Made by a program: the position numbers and the translations under genes. From assembly GCA_031362565.1 (NCBI GenBank), contig JANLSU010000078.1:1-64000 (forward strand): a stretch of DNA of 64,000 bases, given 5' to 3'. Source of the stretch: a bacterium. GTDB lineage: Bacteria > Krumholzibacteriota > Krumholzibacteriia > G020349025. Of this stretch, positions 10,453-20,040 are shown in pieces. The notes beneath the pieces are model-generated. The model had not been told where the DNA came from. It was given only the letters and a program-made list of their open reading frames with translations, and ran no database searches. Position 1 is the first letter of the stretch; the number at the start of each line of letters is the position of its first letter.

Positions 10453-10944
10453 TCACGTGGGATCGGCGGGTGGCACGCCGGCGTCCCCGGGCGGTGCGCC
10501 CGTATCCCGCGCCTCGACCCAGCCGCGGACGGCGTTCCGCACCGGTCCCGGCAAGTAGCGCGTCGCATAGTCACTGATCGTGTGGATGATGTGAACGACG
10601 TCTTCCGGTCCGTCCCAATGCTGCCGGATCTTGGCTTCGCCGCTCCGGTTCAAGAGCCGCAGCAAACACAGCGCCACCAAGTACGCATCATCCAATTGAC
10701 CGATCACCGGCACGACGTCGGGGATCAAATCGAAAGGACTCAGCATGTAGGCCACGGCGCCGGCGATGAGCAGTTTGTCGGTGCTCGACACTTCGGGGTC
10801 CGCGATCAGCTTGCCGAGCATCACCGCGAAGCGCGGCAAGAACAACACGACGTCGCGCAAACCTTGCGGCAGACGCGGTCCGTCGCCGGGATCCGGCTCC
10901 GAGGCGAAGGGCCGTTCGTCCGGTGGGCCGTTGGGATCGTGCAG
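10453..10944 (-). CDS. DUF1232 (YkvA-like) protein; start uncertain, possibly CTG
   Basis: YMLSPFDLIPDVVPVIGQLDDAY motif. AGGAGG lies 6 nt before the in-frame CTG at 10944. Confidence 0.8.
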   Translation of the reverse strand: MHDPNGPPDERPFASEPDPGDGPRLPQGLRDVVLFLPRFAVMLGKLIADPEVSSTDKLLIAGAVAYMLSPFDLIPDVVPVIGQLDDAYLVALCLLRLLNRSGEAKIRQHWDGPEDVVHIIHTISDYATRYLPGPVRNAVRGWVEARDTGAPPGDAGVPPADPT

Positions 10945-10963
10945 GGTGCTCCTCCTTTGCGCT

Positions 10964-11037
10964 TCGCCTTTGCGGCGAGCGGGGTCTGGTGTAGGGTACC
11001 CGCTGCACGCTCGTTCGTCCAATGCCGGTGCGGGACC
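10964..11037 (+). repeat. 74-bp perfect direct repeat, copy 1
   Basis: tcgcctttgcggcgagcggggtctggtgtagggtacccgctgcacgctcgttcgtccaatgccggtgcgggacc is identical to 14124-14197. Confidence 0.95.
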
Positions 11038-11391
11038 GCCTCTGACGTACCGATTCAGGGGCTCCTGAGCCGGCGCAGAACGGGCTCGTCCCACGGCGGA
11101 CCTACCGATGCCAATCGGTTTAGTCGCCCGTATCAGGCGTGGGTGTCGCTGACGCCAACAACGTTAATCATGCCAAGAAGGCGAGCCTGTCTCCGAGAAC
11201 GCGTTAAGCAAGATGGCGGCGCGGCATACGCTACGGGCGGAAAATCGGCCGGGCCACTCGCCCGCCCTCGCGGATCACCGATGCAGAAGAACGACCCTGC
11301 TGGAAACGGCTGTCGCTGGGTCGCCCTCAACGAGCAACTTGAGGGGTGAGTCCGCGAGGACTATCACCTGAAACGCGACGCCTCGAACCCC

Positions 11392-12045
11392 CTATCTCGC
11401 GAGCAGCACCTTCTGGTTCAGAACGTCCCGGCCGACTTGCAACCGGACGAAATACACGCCGACAGCCGCATCCGCACCGCCCCCGTCGCGTCCATCCCAG
11501 GCAATGCTGTGCGCACCGCGATCGAACGCGCCTAGCACCAGCGCGCGGACGAGGCGCCCCGATACGTCATAAACGCTGATTCCAACCTCTGGAGCATCGG
11601 CAGCAAGACCGAACTCGATCGAAACGATCGCACCGATCGCAGGCCCACGCCCGATTGCCTGCTTGCCTGGTCCGGCCGGAATCCGCACCGCGACGTAGTA
11701 GGTTCCTGCTTCGGATACGACGACCGGCGTCGGCCACAAGACGGTGACGCCCCCACCAGAACTCTCTTGGACGTTGGCGACAGAAGCGATGACCGTCCCC
11801 TCGGACACGCTGCCGAGGGACCCACGGAGCAGGACGACCGACGGGAATAGAGTTGCTCGATCGTTGTTCGCGAACTGCGCTCCAGTAATGGTCGTGCCCG
11901 CGCGCACGGAGAATTGATTGACGAGCATCGCAACACCGTCGGAGGGCACGAGCCCCAGCATCCGGTCCGTCGCCTGACCACCGGTTGCTATCACAACAGT
12001 GCCCATCGCAGCCACCAAAACCGGTCTCCACAACATGGCTCGCAT
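11392..12045 (-). CDS. Secreted protein with C-terminal FlgD-Ig-like domain
   Basis: AAAGGAGG RBS before ATG 12045. Signal peptide. SVYDVSGRLVRAL..WDGRDGGG..GVYFVRL. Confidence 0.75.
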   Translation of the reverse strand: MRAMLWRPVLVAAMGTVVIATGGQATDRMLGLVPSDGVAMLVNQFSVRAGTTITGAQFANNDRATLFPSVVLLRGSLGSVSEGTVIASVANVQESSGGGVTVLWPTPVVVSEAGTYYVAVRIPAGPGKQAIGRGPAIGAIVSIEFGLAADAPEVGISVYDVSGRLVRALVLGAFDRGAHSIAWDGRDGGGADAAVGVYFVRLQVGRDVLNQKVLLAR

Positions 12046-12296
12046 GACTCCTCCTTTCGTGTTCCCGCCTTCAGTCGACGCAGTTGGTGATCTTGAAAGT
12101 CTTCTGATCACTGCTGCGCGGTGTGAACCCCACTCGCGTGCTCTTCACGGTGTACGTCCAATAGCCGGTTTCGCATGTGCACGTCTGAGTCACGGAATGG
12201 CTCGTCGTTGCGGTGCACGGTGTCATCACGGGTGACGAGACGGTAGACGATGCGCCCCATCGGGAGTAACCTTGAATGGCGTGACTGGAGTTATTT

Positions 12297-13802
12297 ATGA
12301 TCCGCTCCATGTGCAACCAGGTCGCGAGGGTATTCGCTCTGTTCCTGTGTGCGACCTCTGGGCGGGCCGCCGATCACGGTGTGCTGCCTCTGCCGATTCA
12401 TCCTTTCGCTCCCATGCAGGCACTCAGAGTGATGGCCTCGACCCCACCGACTTTCGCGGCTGCAGATACTTTTCCGCTCGCTTTGCTCGCAAACCTGGAA
12501 TTCTCGTATTCCGATGGAATGAGCTTTGGAGATACGGACCACGACGGCGCGATCGAACTGGTTTTCGGGGGCGGGTCGTTAAACTCCTGGAGAATCTGGG
12601 AGTATCGGGGCACCAATACGTACGCCCTTGAGGACAGTGGGATCTCGGCCTTGATTCCGTACGCTGTGGGAGATCTCGACCAGGACGGGCGAAGCGAGAT
12701 CGTCGGTCAGACGTCCGGCTACGTCGAGGTCTTCGAGAGCCTCGGCGCGGGTGTGCACCCTTCGCAGCTCGTCTGGTCCTCGCCGTACCTCTCGAATACC
12801 ACTGGGCACACGAAGATCGGGGACACGGATCGCGATGGGCGAATGGAAATCATCCAATCGGTGAACCACGACGGGGGATCAACTTGTGGACTCGTCATCT
12901 ACGAAAACACGGGTGACAACACCTATGCCCCGGCGTTCAACGCCACGCTCGTGGGACCTTCCGCAACCGGCGACAAGTTGATCGCCGATCTGGACGGCGA
13001 TGGCAACCTGGAGATTGCATTGTGCGGTAGTCCCGGCTGGCTGCACATATTCGAGTCGTCGGCCGACAACACCTGGGCCCTTACATTTCGAGTTTGGACC
13101 GGGTTGTACAACGCCTACACGATCGCTGGTGGTCAAGATACCGACGGCAATGGTAAGCTCGAGATCTTCGTGACAGGAACTCTATTCTCCAGTTCGACAG
13201 CCAACTACTGCACGATTGTCTATGAGAGCACGGGTGACAATACCTTTGCTTCAGTCGACACTCTGATCGCGGACGCAGGAGTGGGCGCGGGCGCAAGCGC
13301 TGTGTGCAATGTCGATGCGTCCGGCGGCGACGAGTTCCTATTCAGGGCCGGCGGGACTGGTATCCGTGTCTTCCGCGCCACGTCGACTGGCAAGTGGGAC
13401 TGGGTCGGCATGGCATATGGCCCGGGGGGCGGCGTACGCACATTCGACCTCAATGGGAATGGCATCCCCGAGGTGATCTGGCAGTACTTCACGACGCGGA
13501 TTTTCGAGTACCCGGGAACGCCCACGGACGCGGTGCTGACGTGGCAGCCGACTACGCTCGACATATTTCCCAACCCATGCCGAGGTCAAGCGACGCTACG
13601 ACTCGCACTCGGACCCGCGACCGCAGCCCGACTCGCCGTCTTCGACGTTCGCGGCCGGTTCGTCGAGCAACGCAACGTCGAGGCCTCGGGCGCATCGTTT
13701 CTCTGGCGGCCTCAAGCCCTTCCCGCGGGTCAGTATTTCATACGGCTCGAGGACCTGCGAGGCCGCGTGCTCGCAAGCGGCAAGGGGACGATCGTGCGCT
13801 GA
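12297..13802 (+). CDS. FG-GAP/VCBS repeat secreted protein with T9SS-type-A-like C-terminal domain
   Basis: Repeated GD(T/L)DxDGxxE(I/L) motifs. Signal peptide. C-terminus IFPNP..VFDVRGRFV..PAGQYFIRL. Confidence 0.85.
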   Translation: MIRSMCNQVARVFALFLCATSGRAADHGVLPLPIHPFAPMQALRVMASTPPTFAAADTFPLALLANLEFSYSDGMSFGDTDHDGAIELVFGGGSLNSWRIWEYRGTNTYALEDSGISALIPYAVGDLDQDGRSEIVGQTSGYVEVFESLGAGVHPSQLVWSSPYLSNTTGHTKIGDTDRDGRMEIIQSVNHDGGSTCGLVIYENTGDNTYAPAFNATLVGPSATGDKLIADLDGDGNLEIALCGSPGWLHIFESSADNTWALTFRVWTGLYNAYTIAGGQDTDGNGKLEIFVTGTLFSSSTANYCTIVYESTGDNTFASVDTLIADAGVGAGASAVCNVDASGGDEFLFRAGGTGIRVFRATSTGKWDWVGMAYGPGGGVRTFDLNGNGIPEVIWQYFTTRIFEYPGTPTDAVLTWQPTTLDIFPNPCRGQATLRLALGPATAARLAVFDVRGRFVEQRNVEASGASFLWRPQALPAGQYFIRLEDLRGRVLASGKGTIVR

Positions 13803-14123
13803 ACGGGGCCTGAGGTGCGCACACCTTCGGGTGAACTCAGGACGTTTCCGTACCGGGACGCGTGGCGACGCATCGCGCTCTCGTTCGGTGCCTCAGCAAC
13901 ATTCCGCACCGTGGCGACCCGTGTCTTGGTCTAGACCGCTCCCAAAACGACCTCTGCACTGAACCGCCATGAATAATCCAAGTCAGACGGTCGCTGGCTG
14001 ATGGTCACTCCCGGCCTAGACCACCAGGACGATGGTGGGCAAGGCTGGTGGGAAAAGCGAGAACTGTGGCGGCGCCAGTCGCGAAAACCGGTCGAACAAC
14101 GCACTGCGGCGCGAGGTCGCGCA

Positions 14124-14197
14124 TCGCCTTTGCGGCGAGCGGGGTCTGGTGTAGGGTACCCGCTGCACGCTCGTTCGTCCAATGCCGGTGCGGGACC
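14124..14197 (+). repeat. 74-bp perfect direct repeat, copy 2, containing a sigma70-like promoter (TTGCGG...TAGGGT) upstream of fbaB
   Basis: Identical to 10964-11037 at an offset of 3160 bp. Confidence 0.95.
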
Positions 14198-14286
14198 TCC
14201 CTCCCCATCGGGTGCCTGCGGACTCTAGGACTACAGGGCCAAGGGGCCGGCGCGTGGCCGTGGCCCGCTCTACGGAGGAATTTCCG

Positions 14287-15339
14287 ATGCCGATCGATAT
14301 CGCCGCGCTGCTCGGCGACCAAGCGACCTCGTTGCTCGAGCACCAGTGCCGCACCGTCGCGCGTGATCAGCTGCACCTGCCGGGTCCCGACTACGTGGAC
14401 CGCGTGCTGGCCGCATCCGACCGGTCGCCGGCCGTGCTTCGCAACTTGCAGATGATTCTCGACCACGGCCGTTTGGGCGGCACCGGCTATGTCTCGATCC
14501 TGCCCGTCGACCAGGGCATCGAGCACTCGGCGGGTGCCTCCTTTGCGCCGAATCCGATCTATTTCGATCCCGGCAACATCGTCAAGCTGGCGATCGAGGG
14601 CGGCTGCAACGCGGTGGCGTCGACTCTCGGCGGACTCGGCGTTGTCGCGCGGCGCTACGCGCACCACATTCCGTTCATCGTCAAGCTGAATCACAACGAG
14701 TTCTTGTCGTATCCGAACACCTACGACCAGATCATGTTCGCGAGTGTCGAACAAGCCTTCGAGATGGGCGCGGTCGCAGTCGGGGCAACGACCTATTACG
14801 GCTCCGAGGAATCGCACCGGCAGATCGAAGAGGTGCGGGCGGCGTTCGAGCGGGCGCACGAACTCGGGATGGTCACCATCCTGTGGTGCTACTTGCGGAA
14901 CGCCGCGTTCACGACACCGCAGGCCGATTACCACACGGCGGCGGATTTGACCGGCCAGGCGAATCATCTCGGTGTCACGATCCAAGCCGACATCATCAAG
15001 CAGAAGATGCCGGAGCGGAACGGTGGTTACACGGCGCTCAAGTTTGGCAAGACGGACAAGCGGCTCTATGGCGAACTCTGCACCGACCACCCGATCGACA
15101 TGTGCCGGTACCAAGTCGTGAACTGCTACATGGGGCGCATCGGGCTCATCAATTCCGGTGGTGCATCGGGTGCCAACGATGTCGCCGACGCGGTCAAAAC
15201 CGCCGTCGTCAACAAGCGCGCCGGTGGCATGGGGCTCATCTCGGGGCGCAAAGCGTTCCAAAAGTCGATGCAAGATGGCGTCGCGATCCTGAACGCCATT
15301 CAAGACGTGTACCTGGCGCCGCAAGTCACGATCGCCTGA
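14287..15339 (+). CDS. fbaB: Class I fructose-bisphosphate aldolase
   Basis: [62 protein letters not shown] before ATG 14287. Confidence 0.95.
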   Translation: MPIDIAALLGDQATSLLEHQCRTVARDQLHLPGPDYVDRVLAASDRSPAVLRNLQMILDHGRLGGTGYVSILPVDQGIEHSAGASFAPNPIYFDPGNIVKLAIEGGCNAVASTLGGLGVVARRYAHHIPFIVKLNHNEFLSYPNTYDQIMFASVEQAFEMGAVAVGATTYYGSEESHRQIEEVRAAFERAHELGMVTILWCYLRNAAFTTPQADYHTAADLTGQANHLGVTIQADIIKQKMPERNGGYTALKFGKTDKRLYGELCTDHPIDMCRYQVVNCYMGRIGLINSGGASGANDVADAVKTAVVNKRAGGMGLISGRKAFQKSMQDGVAILNAIQDVYLAPQVTIA

Positions 15340-15344
15340 GCCCC

Positions 15345-15384
15345 AAAATCAATCCGGGCGGTCCGCTTCGACGGGCCGCCCGGA
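15345..15384. terminator. Hairpin terminator between convergent fbaB and csp
   Basis: tccgggcggtccg-cttcga-cgggccgcccgga with an A-rich tract on the left (U-tract on the minus strand). Confidence 0.7.
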
Positions 15385-15436
15385 ATGCGACGAAAGTTGT
15401 GTGCCGGGGCTTGGGTCGCGCCGGCAGCGCGAAACG

Positions 15437-15643
15437 TCAGGCCGGCTTCATGACGTTAGCCGCCTGCAAGCCCTTCGGCCCGTCCTTGACCTCGAATTCG
15501 ACTTCCTGGCCCTCGAGCAGCGTCTTGAAGCCGTTGCCATCGATGGCAGAATAGTGTACGAACACGTCCTCACCCGTATCGCGGGTGATGAATCCAAATC
15601 CCTTTGTGTCGTTGAACCATTTCACTTTGCCAGATGCGCGCAA
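15437..15643 (-). CDS. Cold-shock protein (CspA family)
   Basis: [39 protein letters not shown] before TTG start. Confidence 0.95.
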   Translation of the reverse strand: MRASGKVKWFNDTKGFGFITRDTGEDVFVHYSAIDGNGFKTLLEGQEVEFEVKDGPKGLQAANVMKPA

Positions 15644-15760
15644 ATTGGGTACCTCCTTCGGTGCCACGTACCGCGGCGCAAGCTTCGCGGTACGCGACGA
15701 TGTCAACTCAGGCATGCGCCGCCATGCGCGGGCTGCAGTTCCTCGGTATCGAATGCGGCA

Positions 15761-15790
15761 ACGCTAGCACGCTCGCGCCGGGGGTGTCAA
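15761..15790 (-). promoter_or_regulatory. sigma70-type promoter for csp
   Basis: TTGACA-N18-TAGCGT with a TGn extension on the minus strand. Confidence 0.55.
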
Positions 15791-16947
15791 TCAGGCCGGG
15801 CCTGCAACGTTTGCGTGGCGGCGCTGCCGAGCATGCTGCGCGCGGCCTGCAGCACCGCGGCGATTTCCACATCGGCAATCGAACCGCTTGCGGACTGCAC
15901 CGCTCGGACGTGATCGCCGCGCGGCTTCCACCGCTGAACGTCCGTCGGGCCAAAGATCACCACGAGTGGCGCGCCGACTGCGGCGGCGACATGCGCCATG
16001 CCCGTATCATTGCTGACCACCAGGGTGGCCTGTGAAAACAGCGCCAGGCTTTCCGGCAGCGGCGCATTCCACCGCACGGCGCTGGGCACGCCCCGCGCGA
16101 CCGCATCCACGGCAGCCGCATCGCGCGGTCCTTCCACGAGCACGACGCGCGCCCCGAACTCGCGCTCGAGCGCCTGCAATGTGGCCGCGAAACGCTCGCT
16201 GGGCCAGACGTTGGGACGCTTGCCGGCACCGACGTGCGCCACGACGAGCGGCCCGCTGCCGGGCGCGTCCTGGGCCAACCGGTGGCGCGCGCGCTGCAGT
16301 GCGGCGGCGGCCGGTACGAGTCGCGGCCGCTCCACCGCCGTCGCGATTCCCAGCCCAGCGAGCGGCGCGATGTTGTGTTCCACCTCATGAATCCCCTCGG
16401 GTCCCGGCGGCAGCTCGAGGTGATAGATGGCTCGCGACAGCCGTGAGCCGAACGGCAGGCTCGAACCGCCGGCGCGGCACCGTGCGCCCGACACCCACGC
16501 GAGTAGCGCGCTCGTCGTCGAGAACGACACCGTGGTCATGACGACCGCAAGATCCGAACGCGGCACCCGGAGCCGCCACAAGAATGCCGCCAGGCGCCAC
16601 GGACGGCGCGCGTCTTGTTTGCGAAACACGAGGAGTTCGTCGACATCGGCATGATCGGCGAGCAACGCCTCGCTGAGCGGCGACGCCACGAAGGTCAAAT
16701 GCGCCTCCGGCCAAGCGCACCGCAACGCGTGCAGCGCCGGCAGGGCGCACACCATGTCACCGAGTTGATTGTGTGGGCGGAGAACGAGCAAACGCCGAAT
16801 GGGCCGTTGTGCGAGCCCGGCGGCATCGATGGCGCGCGGCCGCACGATCGCGGCGAGCAACCTCGACAGGGACCGTTTCGCGGCACGCTCGAACCGCCGG
16901 GACGCCGTCGTGGGACGCGCCGGGCCCGGCTCGACACGCTCATTCAC
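15787..16947 (-). CDS. Glycosyltransferase family 9 (LPS heptosyltransferase-like)
   Basis: LVLRPHNQLGDMV, HVGAGKRPNVWP, VSNDTGMAHVAAAVG. GTGA overlap at 16944-16947. Confidence 0.88.
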   Translation of the reverse strand: MNERVEPGPARPTTASRRFERAAKRSLSRLLAAIVRPRAIDAAGLAQRPIRRLLVLRPHNQLGDMVCALPALHALRCAWPEAHLTFVASPLSEALLADHADVDELLVFRKQDARRPWRLAAFLWRLRVPRSDLAVVMTTVSFSTTSALLAWVSGARCRAGGSSLPFGSRLSRAIYHLELPPGPEGIHEVEHNIAPLAGLGIATAVERPRLVPAAAALQRARHRLAQDAPGSGPLVVAHVGAGKRPNVWPSERFAATLQALEREFGARVVLVEGPRDAAAVDAVARGVPSAVRWNAPLPESLALFSQATLVVSNDTGMAHVAAAVGAPLVVIFGPTDVQRWKPRGDHVRAVQSASGSIADVEIAAVLQAARSMLGSAATQTLQARPD

Positions 16948-18005
16948 GGCTTGGCTCCGGACGAATCGGCCCCCGGTGCTTCGACAGCGGTGCCTGCGGC
17001 GGCACCGCGCCGCGTCGCCGCCAACAATCCTTCGAGAGTGTTTCTCTGCCGGACCAGGGTGCGTTGCTCGTCGGGATCTTGAGTCAACTCCCGCGCGATG
17101 TCGACTTCCTCGAGCGCCTTGTCCAGGCGGCCAAAGTTCGCAAAAACCTTTTGGCGCAACTGGTGCACGGAATAGTCGCGCGGCGCCAACCGCAACGCCT
17201 GATCCGAGACCGCGAGCGCCTGGTCCCGGTGGCCCACTTCGAGGAGCAAGAGACCCTTCGTCACCAAGAGCGAGACGACCGACGGATGCCGCCGGAGCGC
17301 GGCGTCGATGTAGGTGAGGCCTTGCGGCACCTGCCCCTGCCGCCACATGGCCCGGGCGGCGAGCGAATAGGCGCCGTAGGCAGTGTCTTCGAGTGCGGTC
17401 GCACGCTGCGCCAACTGGCTGCACAACACAAATTGCTTGTTCTGGTAGTAGACGAAAGCCACATCTTCGTAGTTGCGGGCCGTGCGCCCGCAGATCCGCA
17501 GAAACCGCGACGCGGTGCTGTCGGCTGCAACCTGATCGTTCATGCGTCCCAATTGCAGGTCGAGAAGCCGCGTGTGGAGCATCGAGCGCTGCGGATCTTC
17601 GGCAATGGCTTGCTCGAGTTCGGACGCGGTCTGCGGCCAGTTCTTTTCGGCGTATGAAATCTGCGCCAGTTGCAGGAATTCCTCGGCGCGAACCTGGTTC
17701 GCCTGCGGTCCGTCGGATTGAGCGGCGCGCTGGAAAACTGCCCGCGCTTCCGGCAACCGTCGTTGCTGCACATAGATGACACCCAAATTGTGCAGCAGCA
17801 CGCCATTCTTCGGCTGGAGCGCCAGCGCCTTGGTCAGATTCGCCTCGGCGTCGGTGAGATTGCCGGCCTTCATCGCCGCGCCGGCGGCAGCCACCAGCCG
17901 GTCGCTCTTTTCGTCCTTGCTCTCGCGGAACACGAACCACCACACACCGGTGGCGACCGCCAAGACCACCAGGACCGGCACGAGCCATGGCATTCGTTGC
18001 ATCAT
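16944..18005 (-). CDS. Membrane-anchored tetratricopeptide repeat protein
   Basis: N-terminal TM helix and multiple TPR motifs (ALALQPKN..HNLG). ATGA overlap with the rsgA stop. Confidence 0.82.
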   Translation of the reverse strand: MMQRMPWLVPVLVVLAVATGVWWFVFRESKDEKSDRLVAAAGAAMKAGNLTDAEANLTKALALQPKNGVLLHNLGVIYVQQRRLPEARAVFQRAAQSDGPQANQVRAEEFLQLAQISYAEKNWPQTASELEQAIAEDPQRSMLHTRLLDLQLGRMNDQVAADSTASRFLRICGRTARNYEDVAFVYYQNKQFVLCSQLAQRATALEDTAYGAYSLAARAMWRQGQVPQGLTYIDAALRRHPSVVSLLVTKGLLLLEVGHRDQALAVSDQALRLAPRDYSVHQLRQKVFANFGRLDKALEEVDIARELTQDPDEQRTLVRQRNTLEGLLAATRRGAAAGTAVEAPGADSSGAKP

Positions 18006-18967
18006 GAATCGGATCTCCCCTTGCGCCGGCGGCCTTCGCGATCGGCGCCGGGCGCTTCGTTCAGCTCGGTCAGCATCGCGAGATAACTGCGATAGCGTGA
18101 TGAATCGATGTTGCCGTCCTGCACGGCCTGTTGCACGGCGCAGTCGGGTTCGTGCGAGTGGATACAGGTCGGATAGTGGCATGACGGCTGCAGCGGCCGA
18201 AACTCCGGAAACAAGTCCCGCAACTCCAGCGGCGTGAGTTGCCAGGCGTTGAAGTCCCGCACCCCCGGTGTGTCGGCGAGCAGTGCTCCAAACGTAGTGC
18301 GGTGCAAATCGACCCGGGTTGTCGTATGCCGCCCCTGTCTCGACTTGTCGCTCACGTCACCAGTTCGCAATTCGAGGCCGGGCTCGAGGGCGGTGATCAG
18401 ACGGCTCTTCCCTGCCCCCGACGGCCCCATGAACGCACTCGTGTGGCCGCGCAACTCGCTGCGCAGATCCTCGAGGCCGGCCTGGGTCACGGCCGATGTG
18501 GACACGATGCGATAACCGGCGCGCTCGTAGACCGCGCGCACCGGATCCAATTCGCCCGGCGCCGCCAAATCGATCTTGTTGAAACAGATCACGGCGCGAA
18601 TCGCGATCCGCTCGGCGACGGCAAGCAGGCGATCCAGTAGGCCGCGGTTCAGCGTCGGGTCGCGCACCGCGATCACCACGACGAGTTGTTCCAGATTGGC
18701 AACCACGACGTGTTTCGAACCGAAACGCGACCGGCTGATTTCGCTGCGGCGCGGCCGGACCGCTTCGATGATTCCTTCGCGGCGCGCCGACGCCCCGGTC
18801 AAAAGCCCCCACTCGACCTCATCGCCTGGAACCGGAAACTCGGGCCAGTCCGTGCTGGGGCGCTGCAGGCGGCGTCGCGCGCGGCATTCCGCCGTGCCTG
18901 TTTCGTCCAGCACGACGTACAGGCCTGACTGCGCGCGCAATACGATGCCGTGGTGCGCCGTCGTCAT
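18002..18967 (-). CDS. rsgA: Ribosome small subunit-dependent GTPase A
   Basis: NKID, GPSGAGKS, GRHTT, DTPG, C-terminal CxxxxCxHxxEPxC zinc site. Confidence 0.95.
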   Translation of the reverse strand: MTTAHHGIVLRAQSGLYVVLDETGTAECRARRRLQRPSTDWPEFPVPGDEVEWGLLTGASARREGIIEAVRPRRSEISRSRFGSKHVVVANLEQLVVVIAVRDPTLNRGLLDRLLAVAERIAIRAVICFNKIDLAAPGELDPVRAVYERAGYRIVSTSAVTQAGLEDLRSELRGHTSAFMGPSGAGKSRLITALEPGLELRTGDVSDKSRQGRHTTTRVDLHRTTFGALLADTPGVRDFNAWQLTPLELRDLFPEFRPLQPSCHYPTCIHSHEPDCAVQQAVQDGNIDSSRYRSYLAMLTELNEAPGADREGRRRKGRSDS

Positions 18968-19172
18968 GATCTCCTTCCAGGTGCGTCCACACGGCCGAAT
19001 TATGCCAGATCCGCGCTGCGAAAGGGCTGTTGTGGGGCAAACCACGCGCGCGCCGGCCCCAAGCCCACCGCACGAAGGTTGCCGTGGAACGCCATGCGTG
19101 TTAAGGTGGGTTTGCTCGAGGTTGGCGATGTGGAGCCCCTTCCGTCCGCTCGCCGGCCACGCAGGAGATTTC

Positions 19173-19640
19173 ATGAACGGCCCCGAACTCCTTCGCCTCT
19201 TCGATCCCAAACTCTGTCTATTCGATCTCAAAGGTACGACCAAGGACGAAGTCCTCGTTGAGATCGTCGCGCGCGTTGCGCCGCCCGGTTCGCCCAATCA
19301 CCGGCTGGTGCTCGAGATGCTGCGCAATCGCGAACAGCTCGGCAGCACCGCCGTCGTCAAGGGCGTGGCGTTTCCACACGGCCGCTCGCTCGCCGTGTCG
19401 AAACTCATGGCGGTTTTTGGGCGTTCAACGCCCGGTGTGCGGTTCGATTCGATGGACGGTGAACCTTCGCACTTGTTCTTCGTTCTGTTGGCGCCGCCGC
19501 AAGACCGCGCCAATCAGTACTTGCCGGCGTTGGGCCGTCTCGTCGAGATGATCCAGGATGACCACTTGCGGGACCGGTTGATGACGGTGAATGCGTACGA
19601 GGACTTTGCGGCCGTCATCCAAGGAGACCTACCCAAATGA
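19173..19640 (+). CDS. PTS EIIA protein (PtsN/fructose-mannitol type)
   Basis: REQLGSTAVVKGVAFPHGR, GVRFDSMDGEP. AGGAG RBS. Confidence 0.88.
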   Translation: MNGPELLRLFDPKLCLFDLKGTTKDEVLVEIVARVAPPGSPNHRLVLEMLRNREQLGSTAVVKGVAFPHGRSLAVSKLMAVFGRSTPGVRFDSMDGEPSHLFFVLLAPPQDRANQYLPALGRLVEMIQDDHLRDRLMTVNAYEDFAAVIQGDLPK

Positions 19641-19975
19641 ACGCGCAAGAGCAGATTCTCATCGCGCTGCAGGATTTGGATCTGATGCTGAAGGAAACGA
19701 CCGACAGCAAAGAACAGTTCAAGAACATGGGGTTCGAGACGAGCGGCGTGGACGAATTGCGCCGCGCCCGCACCGTGCTCCTGGACAAGTTGGAAACGAC
19801 CCACGCCCAGCACTATGAACGGATGCAGCAGCGCTACGGCCGCGCCGTCACCCCGGTGACGAGCGACATGTGCCTCGGCTGTTTCGCCAAGGTACCACCC
19901 GTCTACCGGTCGACGACCTACGAGACCAAGGTCCGCATGTGCCAGAGCTGCGGACGGATCCTGTACTTCCCCTGA
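19637..19975 (+). CDS. C4-type zinc ribbon (DUF164-like) protein
   Basis: LIALQDLD N-terminus, CLGC and CQSCGRILY. ATGA overlap. Confidence 0.82.
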   Translation: MNAQEQILIALQDLDLMLKETTDSKEQFKNMGFETSGVDELRRARTVLLDKLETTHAQHYERMQQRYGRAVTPVTSDMCLGCFAKVPPVYRSTTYETKVRMCQSCGRILYFP

Positions 19976-20004
19976 TTCGCCCGCATTCAGGCCCTGCCGT
20001 GGAG

Positions 20005-20033
20005 TTGACAGACTCGGGGCCGCACCATACTTT
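20005..20033 (+). promoter_or_regulatory. sigma70-type promoter
   Basis: TTGACA-N17-TACTTT with no credible downstream ORF. Confidence 0.65.
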
Positions 20034-20040
20034 CAGGCCA

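Noticed and set aside
10964..11037. 74-bp repeat as a tRNA or tRNA-derived att site
   Set aside because: The length is tRNA-like, but I could not find a cloverleaf, a proper T-arm or a CCA end on either strand.
13860..14120. Possible gene remnant inside the islet
   Set aside because: Short interrupted frames with no recognisable motif; cannot be supported without a search.
15787..17988. 733-aa ORF-track protein
   Set aside because: Its N-terminal half overlaps the TPR gene out of frame and is Arg/Ala-rich noise. The real GT9 gene starts at GTG 16947.
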